Under the pieces are notes generated by a model, which saw only the letters and a program-made list of their open reading frames with translations, had not been told where the DNA came from and did not search any database. Shown here one piece after another: positions 40,015-48,780 of a stretch of 64,000 nucleotides of DNA. How positions within the stretch are numbered: the stretch's first letter is position 1; each line of letters starts with the position of its first letter. Made by a program: the position numbers and the translations under genes. The DNA is from an uncultured delta proteobacterium (GTDB lineage Bacteria > Desulfobacterota > Binatia > UBA9968), in assembly GCA_963727625.1 (NCBI GenBank), contig CAVSHR010000004.1:448001-512000 (forward strand), in the 5' to 3' direction.

Positions 40015-40049
40015 ACAGCCGCGGTTTGTCGCCGACAAGCCGCGGCTGT
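40015..40049. terminator. Strong hairpin between convergent genes
   Basis: ACAGCCGCGGTTTGTC-GCC-GACAAGCCGCGGCTGT starting 8 nt after the stop of copy 2. Confidence 0.65.
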
Positions 40050-40120
40050 TCTAAATCTCCCGGGAACAACCTTTCTGCCAAATTCATCGGCTGATCGAAC
40101 AGCCGATCGCGGCATCTAGC

Positions 40121-41551
40121 TCAATCAATGCCCGCCAGTTCCTTGGCCAGACGAACGAACGGGCTCAGATCATAGGCGCTTACGAGCCGCTGTTTGTTGG
40201 TGGCCAGGCTGGCGACGTTGTACATCTCAAACAGGAGCTGGCGCGAGCCGAACGAATCGCAGGCGTATTCCCACGCAAGTTTCAACATGCGAAACATTTC
40301 CTGCGTGCGCTCGTTCTCCCCGACAAAATAACGCCGGATTTGCTGACCGATCTCGGGGTTGTTCATGTCGGCCTGGCTCGGAGACATCAGGATGCCGGAG
40401 CCGCACAGCTCTCGTATCATCTGCAACATCTTGGGGTAGCCCTCGATCGAAAAGATGCGCGCAGCTTGCCCCGGCGTCCAATCGGGCAGGGTCAAGCCCG
40501 ATTGCGAGCGCACCGGGTTCATTTCGGCGGCATGGATGAATGCTCTCATCGTCTCCATGTAAACGATCGCGTCGGCCAGGGCTATTTGCACATGCGGTTG
40601 TTTCGAAGTGCCGAGATATTCGGCCATCGCGGCGCAGATCCCGAGCAGTACTTCTGCTTTGACCGCCAGCCGAACCAAAACATACCAGGGCCCAATGCCC
40701 ATCGCTCCCTGGAAGAGTCGCGCATAGAGACTCGGATCTGCGGGATGAGTTTGACGCAGATAGAACACGCGATCCCAGGGAATAAACACGTCGTCGAACA
40801 GCACCATCGCGTCCATCTCGTCCCAGTGCGGATTTAGCGGATGATCCTCGGGGTTTGGCGACGTCAGCGACTCCCGGCAGATGAGCTGGATGCCTTGGGT
40901 GTTTACCGGGACCGCGAAATACACCACCTCATCGGGCTGGAGGTTGGGTCTTGGCTGGGTCAGGCAAAGGATTTCATTGGCGTAGGGCGCCTGCGTTCCC
41001 ACTCCTTTGGCCCCTCGAACCACGATCCCGTCGGGCCGCCTCTCCACCACCCTCAAGTATTCCTGCTTGGCTTCCGGATGGCTTCGGTGATGAAACGGAT
41101 CGTTGAAAATAGTCGCGATGCTCAAATCGTTTTCGCGGCAATGCTCGAAGTAGCGCGTCACGTTCTCCGCGAAGCTCGGATTTTCTTCGCCGAAGACGTC
41201 GCGGCTGTCGTGCAACCCCAAAACCACCGTAGCCAGATGCTGCGGCAGACGTGCCGCCACCCCTCCGGCGCGGCGCACCAGGAACTCGTACATCTTGCGC
41301 TGCCGGATCAGATCTTCGATCGAATGGGGCAAAAGATAAGCGAGGCTTACCCGCTCGCCCGTCGCCGGTGAAATCATTGTCAGCAGCTCCTGATAGGCGG
41401 GATCATGCTGCAAGTCATAAACCGCGGCCACGCTGCGGGCGCAGCCCGCCAAACGGGGATGTTCGGTGACGTCCACCGATTCGCCCTGCAACCACACACG
41501 GCGCCCATCCCTCAGGCTATCGAGATATTGTTCTCCGCGACGTATCGGCAT
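40121..41551 (-). CDS. 4-hydroxyphenylacetate 3-hydroxylase-family flavin monooxygenase, oxygenase component
   Basis: GEQYLDSLRDGRRVWLQGE.VDVTEHP, GIVVRGAK..GT, DEMDAMVLFDDVFIPWDRVF, DSFGSRQLLFE. Confidence 0.9.
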   Translation of the reverse strand: MPIRRGEQYLDSLRDGRRVWLQGESVDVTEHPRLAGCARSVAAVYDLQHDPAYQELLTMISPATGERVSLAYLLPHSIEDLIRQRKMYEFLVRRAGGVAARLPQHLATVVLGLHDSRDVFGEENPSFAENVTRYFEHCRENDLSIATIFNDPFHHRSHPEAKQEYLRVVERRPDGIVVRGAKGVGTQAPYANEILCLTQPRPNLQPDEVVYFAVPVNTQGIQLICRESLTSPNPEDHPLNPHWDEMDAMVLFDDVFIPWDRVFYLRQTHPADPSLYARLFQGAMGIGPWYVLVRLAVKAEVLLGICAAMAEYLGTSKQPHVQIALADAIVYMETMRAFIHAAEMNPVRSQSGLTLPDWTPGQAARIFSIEGYPKMLQMIRELCGSGILMSPSQADMNNPEIGQQIRRYFVGENERTQEMFRMLKLAWEYACDSFGSRQLLFEMYNVASLATNKQRLVSAYDLSPFVRLAKELAGID

Positions 41552-41763
41552 TTACCCAGCTCTCAATAGAATTTTTGAGGTAATCAAACTCAACTCGACC
41601 GCCTTCGAGGCGAACCGTTCAGACTCGATCGAAACTATCCGATAACTTGACTCGAAACAATGTCAATTTGCGGGGAACGGAGTTGAGTTCGAAATGGCGC
41701 CCCTTGCACCAATGCGATGCCGGACTGGCGACTTGATGCCAGGCTAAAATAGGATACCAAGGA

Positions 41764-41823
41764 ACTTAACGCTCTGGTTCAGCGGCGGCGCGGAGTGCTA
41801 TCCGCTTCAACCGTTTGTTCGGC
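41764..41823 (-). mobile_element. attC: Integron attC recombination site (60 bp)
   Basis: Minus strand GCCGAAC-AAACG-GTTGAAGC-GGATAGCACTCCGCGCCGCC-GCTGAAC-CAGAGC-GTTAAGT, i.e. R''-5-L''-20-L'-6-R', with L'' one base longer than L'; begins 30 nt after the RT stop. Confidence 0.88.
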
Positions 41824-41853
41824 GGTTTTCCACTGACGTATCCTCGTCCTCGG

Positions 41854-43350
41854 TTAGTACATTGCTGCATTCTGCTTGAACAATTCCACTTCTTCTGGCT
41901 GAACCACTTCTGTCGCGTCCCCTGCATCAGCAATGACAATCTTGCGGCCATCTAAGGCTTTCTTGAGTGCCTCGCTTGCGATCCAGCTAGACTCCCAAAG
42001 CTGAGATGATGCCCCATTCACGACCTGACAAATAGGTTCGTTACTCTCGAACATGATGCCAACGGACTTAGGTTGCGTGACACGCTGGAGCCAAATTTCA
42101 AGGTAACCGTTGTACGGGACTCGCGCCATCTTTTCGCGTACTCTTGTCCACAAGCGCACCTTCTCTTCATTTGGCGCAAGTGAGATAAGATGGCTCAGAA
42201 TGCCGGCCACAGCCGGAAACGTCGAGGGTGAAACAAACGCAATATCTGTCGCAATCGCGACCTGTACGTCAAGGTCGTCGGGAGCTTCAGTCTGTTTTGA
42301 AATATTGGTGTGAAACTCACCAACCAACCTTCGCAAAGCTCCGCTATTTGGAAACCTCTGACCGAATAAATGCAGCCTTAAGAGCTGCTTTTGAATTGTC
42401 TTCGCGTTAGTTGTTCCGAGGTCTTGTAGCTCAATGCCGGCTAATTTATCTGGTTTGATCGATCCTTCCACTACGTTTCTGGAGGAAAATGTTTTTGATA
42501 CTCCGAGCCTCATCCCTACCGCTCGTAGCTTATCGCTGACTATCTTCAGGACCGCTTCGGCACGTTCGTCGCTATTTGCAAAAATTCTATAGTCGTCCCT
42601 ATATCGCAGTATCCGGATGTCAGTATTTCCCGCGAGAGCTAGGTTAATCTGCTCATCCACGTATCCAAGGACAATTTCCGCGATGAAGTCCATGAGGACC
42701 GATCCTTGCGCAATACCGTTGGTCTGGCCGAAACGACTAGCTTGGATATGGGAATCGATCTTGTTGCCGAGCAGAGCTTTATTCGTCTTTTCTTCCTTTG
42801 CTTTCGATAAGCCGTGCAACGCCCAAGCAATACTATGGGTGTACAGAGAGCCATAACAGTCGGTCACATCGGTATGGAAAACATGACTGAACTCCAGTGA
42901 ATAAGTCAGCGACCTTTGCTCAACGCTCTGCCACCAGCTTTTGATCTGAGTCGCAACATCCGTCTGGTGATCGACCGACATCACGGGCGCGCTGCAACAA
43001 TCAACTACACCGCCCGCAAATTCTTTGAGCCGCGCTCTTATGCTTTCCCAGTTCGCCTCCTCACAAATCACATTTACTAACGAGACGTAAATGGCCGGAT
43101 GTATCAACTCATAAGGCCGCCAGGCAAATTTTCCGTCCTTGTTTGCAATAAAGTTGTAGTTTACGTTCTGAAGTTCGTTGGGATTTGCGTTCTTAAACTC
43201 GGCATAGTTCCTGCCATTAAGAGCGGTTGAGACGTTATTCAGTATTGGTTCAAAACTGATGTAATTGGGCAGATCCCCGTTGAAGTAGCTGCTGCCCTTC
43301 AGAAAATGGCCTCTTGCCTCTTCGTTGGAAAGGTCAATCAATCGCTTCAT
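41854..43350 (-). CDS. Reverse transcriptase of the UG/Abi (defence-associated) class; DRT4/UG15-like is tentative
   Basis: NKDGKFAWRPYELIHP, HTDVTDCYGSLYTHSIAWA, GQTNGIAQGS..MDFIAE, RYRDDYRIF, helical C-terminal tail; visibly more AT-rich than its flanks. Confidence 0.88.
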   Translation of the reverse strand: MKRLIDLSNEEARGHFLKGSSYFNGDLPNYISFEPILNNVSTALNGRNYAEFKNANPNELQNVNYNFIANKDGKFAWRPYELIHPAIYVSLVNVICEEANWESIRARLKEFAGGVVDCCSAPVMSVDHQTDVATQIKSWWQSVEQRSLTYSLEFSHVFHTDVTDCYGSLYTHSIAWALHGLSKAKEEKTNKALLGNKIDSHIQASRFGQTNGIAQGSVLMDFIAEIVLGYVDEQINLALAGNTDIRILRYRDDYRIFANSDERAEAVLKIVSDKLRAVGMRLGVSKTFSSRNVVEGSIKPDKLAGIELQDLGTTNAKTIQKQLLRLHLFGQRFPNSGALRRLVGEFHTNISKQTEAPDDLDVQVAIATDIAFVSPSTFPAVAGILSHLISLAPNEEKVRLWTRVREKMARVPYNGYLEIWLQRVTQPKSVGIMFESNEPICQVVNGASSQLWESSWIASEALKKALDGRKIVIADAGDATEVVQPEEVELFKQNAAMY

Positions 43351-43516
43351 TTGGCCACAGACCTTTTCATGACGTCGACCTATCTAGTGAACTGCCGATT
43401 CGGTCCGCGGGTTATTATGGAAGCCATCCTCTGCGTCGAAGTCAGGAATCAGTTACAGGAATCAGCCTCAGATTTTTACGAATCGATTATCTAGTGATGT
43501 CTTCGGCGCCAATCTG

Positions 43517-43912
43517 TCACTTCCGAAAATCTTCTGCCCTCAACTCGATCGGCTTTCCATGCGGCGTTCGGTGCATGGCGCGCTCCCAGGCTCGGAAGTG
43601 TTCCGTGAGTGCCTGCTTTGAGGTCGCGCCTTTTTCCGCGACCATGCGTTCGAGCGTTGCGAGCCAGTGGTGGTAGTAGGTTTCGCCGGTGTCGGGATCG
43701 CCGGCGGCTTGGGCTTTTTTGATTTCTTCGCCAAGCATAGCGGACCACTCGGTCCAGGCGAACAATCCTTTTTCGTAGAGCGCCAGCCCCATTGCGAAGG
43801 CGTGAGCTTCCCAGGGCGCGCGAAAGACGGGACCGTTCTCGTCGCGCGGAATGCCCGGAACCGCGTCTGCCGCTTTGCGGGCGGCTTCGGGTTCAATCAA
43901 CTTTTCAGACAT
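43517..43912 (-). CDS. Nitrile hydratase accessory protein
   Basis: GPVFRAPWEAHAFAM, FAWTEW, YYHHWLATLE, RTPHGKPIEL. Confidence 0.92.
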   Translation of the reverse strand: MSEKLIEPEAARKAADAVPGIPRDENGPVFRAPWEAHAFAMGLALYEKGLFAWTEWSAMLGEEIKKAQAAGDPDTGETYYHHWLATLERMVAEKGATSKQALTEHFRAWERAMHRTPHGKPIELRAEDFRK

Positions 43913-43959
43913 GTTTTAGACCAGATCCAAACGACGCGAAGTAAAACCTTTCGTGAACA

Positions 43960-44199
43960 TCACGCAACGTTCTGCATTTTCGTTACGAAATCCCGTCCGG
44001 ACGTAGGAGGAGGCAATACCCTTCCCTCTTTCTTGTAAATCGCAATCGCCTCTTCGACGATCTCGCAGAGTTCGTTAAATACTTCTTTTTCATCGTCGCC
44101 GTGGTAGCCGCCTAAGATCAAGCCGGGCGCACTGCCGACGTAGCATTGATCTTGGACCGACCATTCGACGATTTTTGCATACTTTGCGCTGTGCTTCAT
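43960..44199 (-). CDS. HicB-like antitoxin (no HicA partner)
   Basis: YAKIVEWSVQDQCYVGSAPGL..GG.HGDDEKEV..EL.EIVEEAI..YKKEGRVLPPP. Confidence 0.8.
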   Translation of the reverse strand: MKHSAKYAKIVEWSVQDQCYVGSAPGLILGGYHGDDEKEVFNELCEIVEEAIAIYKKEGRVLPPPTSGRDFVTKMQNVA

Positions 44200-44208
44200 T
44201 TCTTTGAC

Positions 44209-44869
44209 TCAGGCATGTTCCAGATAAGGCTCAAACGCTTCAATGGAAACCTTCAATGTCGGCATCAGCGTCCGCGCCCCAAAGTTCCTGGGCATCGAAG
44301 CGCACGGTGTAAAGCCACTGGGGATCGTCGCCTTTGCCGGCCGCCACCGAGTCGGGAAAAGCGTGGGTGCCGTGCAGACGCTCGACAACGCCCACGTGGC
44401 CGCGTGCATAGCGCGGCAGGCGCGTGTGCGTCTTCGGGTGGATGTTCTTCGTGCGCACGCGATCATCGATTTTGAACTTGGCGGGTCCTTGGGCCGGCCG
44501 GTAAAACGAGCCCCGTTTGGTAACCTTTTCAATATCGGCCAATGCAAACGGGCCGCGGGCCAAATTCTTCGCCGGACGCAGCGCGTGCCCGGCTGCGACC
44601 TCGTCGGCGTCGATGAGACCGTGCTCGATGAGCAAGTTTTGATTGCGCAGGAACCACTTCTCGTAATATGAGCGCGTCAAATAGATCGACGGCGCTAACT
44701 TCTCGATGGTGTAGCGGCTGGTGTCGATGGTCCAGGCGCGGAAGACGCCGATGGCGCGGCTCATCGCCAGCACGCGCCCCTCCCAGCGATCATGAAAAAC
44801 CGGCTCGTTGGGCTTGGGCTCGACCTTGCCGAACCCGTCCATACCGCCCATATCGTGAACGCCGTCCAT
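44209..44869 (-). CDS. nthB: Nitrile hydratase beta subunit with an apparent +1 frameshift near the 3' end
   Basis: MDGVHDMGGMDGFG, HTRLPRYARG, QWLYTVRF..QELWG; the conserved tail TLKVSIEAFEPYLEHA* (stop 44209) is out of frame and the in-frame stop is at 44240. Confidence 0.9.
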
Positions 44870-45495
44870 CAGGCCACCTCGCTCGGTTTTTTCGCCAGGC
44901 CGGTGCCGACCATGGAGTCGCGCGTGACCAGCTTGGCGAGCTGCGTTTCACTCCAGCCTTCGGTTCCGGCCGGACGCATCGGCACGACCAGGTAGCGGGT
45001 CTCGGCCGTCGAATCCCAAACCCGAATTTCGGTCTCGGCCGGCAGCGTGACGCCGAAATCGGCCAATACCGAGCGCGGCTCCTTGACGACGCGCGACCGG
45101 TAAGCAAACGACTTGTACCAGGTCGGCGGCAGGCCGAGCACATCGGTTGGATAGCAGGAGCACAGAGTACACACGATCATGTTGTGCACCTGCGCCGTGT
45201 TCTCGACGGCGATCAGATGCTCGCCCACGTTGCCCACCTGGGGCGCGAGGCCGGCCACCGCCTTGCTCGCATCCTCGAGCAGCGCCGTGCGAAATCCAGA
45301 ATCGCTCCACGCCTTCGCCACCACCTGGGCGCCGATATGCGGGCCGATCTTGGTCTCGTAGAGCTCGACGATGCGGTCGAGCGCCGCCGTTTCGATATAA
45401 CCCTTCTCGACCAAAATGGTTTCGAGCGCGCGCACCCGCAAATCCATCTCGGTCAGATGGGAACCCTCATCATGATCGTGTTCGTGTGTCGCCAT
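44869..45495 (-). CDS. nthA: Cobalt-type nitrile hydratase alpha subunit
   Basis: VCTLCSCY (Co-type claw motif), GLPPTWYKS.AYRSR, VWDSTAETRYLV.P.RP; start at MATHEHDHD. Confidence 0.96.
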   Translation of the reverse strand: MATHEHDHDEGSHLTEMDLRVRALETILVEKGYIETAALDRIVELYETKIGPHIGAQVVAKAWSDSGFRTALLEDASKAVAGLAPQVGNVGEHLIAVENTAQVHNMIVCTLCSCYPTDVLGLPPTWYKSFAYRSRVVKEPRSVLADFGVTLPAETEIRVWDSTAETRYLVVPMRPAGTEGWSETQLAKLVTRDSMVGTGLAKKPSEVA

Positions 45496-45778
45496 AAGCG
45501 AAATATAGCCAAGGAAGCAGGCGGCATGCAATCGGAACCCGAGGGCAACATCAATGGTGATTGGATGCGCCTGCCTCGATAGCCAGTCGATTGACCGTGC
45601 AAGCTTGGCTAGCCCGTCGCGTTGATGAAAACTACCACCACTGGCGCCGTGAATCGAATTATTTCCCAACCAAACTTCTATGCCCGAAGCGGCGGGATGT
45701 CTCTGGGAATTGGCCGGGGTCATGCACCCGGCTTTCCCAATGCGGCGGTTCGTCTTGTTGGGTGCCAGGCGGTACGGT

Positions 45779-46165
45779 TTATTTTCCGACCGGCAACCAT
45801 CGGGCGGCTGCATCCGCACTATCCTCGGGCCGTGTATTGAACGCAATTGCCGCGCCCGGCGCAGCCTTGTGGACGGCATTGATGACCGCTTCGAATAATG
45901 CCAGGCGCCGGGGCGGCAGGCGGACGCCGGCTCCGATTACAACGCAATCATAAGTCTTCGCTGCTAATTGATGCTCCACTGTCGGTCCAGCGGTTTCATC
46001 GGGCCGGATGTAACCCACGTCCGCCTCCCATCCCCGTTCAGCGAATTGCTTCAGCGCAACCGCAATGCCGGCGCGAACCTTTTCCGCGGTCATTCCCGGC
46101 GGCAAAGCAGGGTCGGAAAAATCCACGGTCGCTGGATCGTAACCAACGAGCAAAATCCGCGTCAT
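45779..46165 (-). CDS. Conserved hypothetical protein
   Basis: 128-aa ORF with RBS GGAGG; YDCVVIGAGVRLPP..LFEAVINAVH..AP.AAIAFNTRP. Confidence 0.8.
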   Translation of the reverse strand: MTRILLVGYDPATVDFSDPALPPGMTAEKVRAGIAVALKQFAERGWEADVGYIRPDETAGPTVEHQLAAKTYDCVVIGAGVRLPPRRLALFEAVINAVHKAAPGAAIAFNTRPEDSADAAARWLPVGK

Positions 46166-46289
46166 GAGTCCTCCCTAAGTCTGAGTCGCGTCATTTAAGC
46201 ACACTCTCCACGACCGCAGGGGTGGTCGATTCGAGCCGCACGAAACCCGGTCTGCGAAAACCTAATCCACCGACCGGGACGCGCGCGAT

Positions 46290-47033
46290 TCAGTGGAATA
46301 TGCTCCCCCCATCCACGACTATCGCCTGCCCTGTCATGAAGTCGCTGTCGGATGAGCAAAGAAACACCAGCGTGCCCATCAAATCGTCCGGAGTTTGCAG
46401 CCGTTTGATCGAGCGGGCTTTGAGCTGCAATTCGGTCAGCTCTTTGGGCGCGGTTTGACCTTCGTGCTCGACCAGGCCCGGCGCGATGGCGTTGACGCAG
46501 ATGCCGTACTCGCCGACTTCGCGAGCAAGCGAGCGGGTCATGCCGATCAGCGCCGCTTTGGAGGCGACGTAGTGGAGAAAGTTGGGCGTGCCCCAGTAGG
46601 CGGTGGACGACGAGATGTTGATGATCTTGCCGCTCTTCTGCTCTCTCATCTGCGGAAAGACCGCTTTGGCGCAGAGAAACGGTCCCTTGATGTTGACCGC
46701 GGAGACTTTGTCCCATTCCTCGGCAGTGATCTCGTAGAACGGATGGCGCTGAATGGCGATGAAGATCGCCGCGTTGTTGACGAGAATATCGATGCAGCCG
46801 AAGGCTTTCACCGCTTCCACCGCCATGCGATTGGTGTCTTCTTCCTTCGACACGTCGACTTTGAGCGCGAGAGCCTTTCCGCCCTTGGCGCGAATCTCCT
46901 CGGCGGTCACTTCTCCGTCGAGAATATCCGCAACCACCACAGCCGCGCCCTCTTCGGCCAGTTTACGGCAGTAAGCCGCGCCGATATGGCGCGCCCCGCC
47001 CGTCACGATGGCGACTTTCCCCGCCAGCCTCAT
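46290..47033 (-). CDS. Short-chain dehydrogenase/reductase
   Basis: VTGGARHIG, DILVNNAA, NISS, YVASK, VNAIAPG. Confidence 0.93.
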   Translation of the reverse strand: MRLAGKVAIVTGGARHIGAAYCRKLAEEGAAVVVADILDGEVTAEEIRAKGGKALALKVDVSKEEDTNRMAVEAVKAFGCIDILVNNAAIFIAIQRHPFYEITAEEWDKVSAVNIKGPFLCAKAVFPQMREQKSGKIINISSSTAYWGTPNFLHYVASKAALIGMTRSLAREVGEYGICVNAIAPGLVEHEGQTAPKELTELQLKARSIKRLQTPDDLMGTLVFLCSSDSDFMTGQAIVVDGGSIFH

Positions 47034-47044
47034 AACCACCTCCG

Positions 47045-47128
47045 GGAGTGATGGAGTAATGGAGTAGTGGAGTGATGGGTCCGGATCCGAAACCCAATGC
47101 TCCAGTACTCCAACACTCCCATACTCCA
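47045..47128. repeat. Inverted repeat with tandem GGAGTRRT octamer arms
   Basis: GGAGTGAT-GGAGTAAT-GGAGTAGT-GGAGTGAT-GGGT ... ACCC-AATGCTCC-AGTACTCC-AACACTCC-CATACTCC. Confidence 0.85.
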
Positions 47129-47133
47129 ACTCT

Positions 47134-48756
47134 TCATCGCAGCCCCTTGAGATGTTCTCTGAAGTCTACCGGCTTCCACCACGGCTTCATACCCAGCGAC
47201 TCGGCGATCACCTTTGCCGCGTTGTAGCCCGGCGCGCCGGTGATATTGCCGCCGGGATGGCAGGACGATCCGCACATAAATAAGCCGTCGATCGGTGTCT
47301 TGTACTGTCCCCAACCGGGAAACGGCCGGTTCTCCAACGCCTGATCGCCGGAATACTCGCCAATCATCCAGTCGCCGCAATACATGTTTTTGTCGTGCCG
47401 CTCGATGTCGAGCGGCGTCGTCGAATCACTCGAAAGTATATTGCTCTCGTCGAGATTGGGTGCAAACTTCTGCCAGACTGCGAGCTGCTTGGAAAACCAA
47501 TCGTGGCGCGCCTTGTCCCAGTTGAGCGGATTGCCCCAGAGATTGTAGGTCATGAGCTGCCACATGAACGCCGTCGCCTTGCCCGGCGGCGCTTGTGTCG
47601 GGTCGTGAAACGACGGCGTGGCGCCGTTCATGAACGGCTTGCGCGGCAGCTGGCCGATGCGGCAATCCTCGAACAAATTCACCAGATCCTGATACTCGTC
47701 GAGCCCGACGATATGCATGAACGCGCCCGCCACCTCGGGATGTTTTTCTTCGGTGATATATTTGGGCCGCTCGTTCAGAGCTAAATTCACGGCAAAGATT
47801 GGCGTGGTCTTGGAGAAGCGAAAGTTCGCCGCTAAGTCGGCGAACTTGGGTTCGAGATTCTCCTGGCCGACGAGCTTGATGAACGTCTCAACGGGATTGA
47901 CATTGGAGGCGATGAACTTCCGCGCCTTGATCACCGTGCCGTCTTCGAGCACCACCGCTGTCGCCTGGCCTTTCTCTACGAGGATCCGTTCGACACCGTT
48001 GGCCTCGATGTAATCGACGCCGTTGTGCGACAACATATGCGCCAGATTGTCGCCGAGCGCGTGAGACGTGCCGCGGCAAAGCTGCGGATTAACGCCCCAG
48101 GCGATCATGGCCGGGATTAGATAGCCGGTCTGCGGCGCGTCGAGCTCGTAGCCGCGCATGACGCCGAGAAAGCCGATGAAGGCGCGCACACGCGGATCTT
48201 CGAAATGTTTCAGCACGAACTCTTCCGGCGTGGTGTCGAAGTATTTGAGATACTCCCGCCCCTCGACGGTTTTCTCGAGCAGCGGTTTCTTCTCCTCAAA
48301 CGGCACCGGCACGGCATAGGTCTCCGTAAAGACGATCTTCTGCACCACCGGCTGCCAGCGCGTCCAGAGGTCGATGAACGACGCGGCGTCTTTCTTCGAA
48401 AAGCGCTCAATGGTCTCGACGGTCTTCTTGACGTCGGCGAACCAGCCGAGATAGCTCTTGTCGAGAAAATGCTGCACCACACCCGGATCGGGACGGTAGT
48501 AGTGAATGCCGAAGTTCTCGAGTTCGAGATCCTTGAACCACGGCAGCGTCATCAAGCCGCGGTGGAACACCGAATGAATGTTGTGCCAGAAGCCGGGGTA
48601 GTTGCGGTCCTCGTGCGAATCCAATCCGCCGCCCACCTCCATGTTCTTCTCCACGACCATGATCTTCTGCCCGCACTTGGCCAGATAAGCCGCGCAGATC
48701 ATGCCGTTATGCCCCGCCCCGATCACGACGCCATCGTATTCCAGAATTTTGGCCAC
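47134..48756 (-). CDS. Phytoene-dehydrogenase-like FAD oxidoreductase
   Basis: VIGAGHNG, PSFHDPTQAPPGK, YKTPIDGLFMCGSSCHPGGNITGAPGYNAA; GTG start at 48756. Confidence 0.9.
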   Translation of the reverse strand: MAKILEYDGVVIGAGHNGMICAAYLAKCGQKIMVVEKNMEVGGGLDSHEDRNYPGFWHNIHSVFHRGLMTLPWFKDLELENFGIHYYRPDPGVVQHFLDKSYLGWFADVKKTVETIERFSKKDAASFIDLWTRWQPVVQKIVFTETYAVPVPFEEKKPLLEKTVEGREYLKYFDTTPEEFVLKHFEDPRVRAFIGFLGVMRGYELDAPQTGYLIPAMIAWGVNPQLCRGTSHALGDNLAHMLSHNGVDYIEANGVERILVEKGQATAVVLEDGTVIKARKFIASNVNPVETFIKLVGQENLEPKFADLAANFRFSKTTPIFAVNLALNERPKYITEEKHPEVAGAFMHIVGLDEYQDLVNLFEDCRIGQLPRKPFMNGATPSFHDPTQAPPGKATAFMWQLMTYNLWGNPLNWDKARHDWFSKQLAVWQKFAPNLDESNILSSDSTTPLDIERHDKNMYCGDWMIGEYSGDQALENRPFPGWGQYKTPIDGLFMCGSSCHPGGNITGAPGYNAAKVIAESLGMKPWWKPVDFREHLKGLR

Positions 48757-48780
48757 CGTTTTTCTTGCCTCTGATCGTCC

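Noticed and set aside
41586-41690. AACTCAACTC/GAGTTGAGTT inverted repeat upstream of the HpaB-like gene as a retron-like a1/a2 pair
   Set aside because: It lies beyond the attC and so outside the RT cassette, is only 10 bp, and the RT lacks retron signatures.
41766-41951. 61-aa ORF ending PPNKRLKRIALRAAAEPER
   Set aside because: This is the typical spurious translation through an attC site and it overlaps the RT 3' end.
45700-45745. GGGAAAGCCGGGTGCATGACCCCGGC resembling a cobalamin riboswitch core upstream of nthA
   Set aside because: It lacks the GCCCCCGCAACTGT and B12-box elements; more simply a hairpin after the upstream gene's stop.
44869-45879. 336-aa extended nthA in the ORF track, and similar N-terminal extensions of sufC, DUF190, VWA, SDR and UbiD
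   Set aside because: The extensions come from upstream alternative starts that cross other genes or repeats; family homology starts at the downstream ATG/GTG used here.
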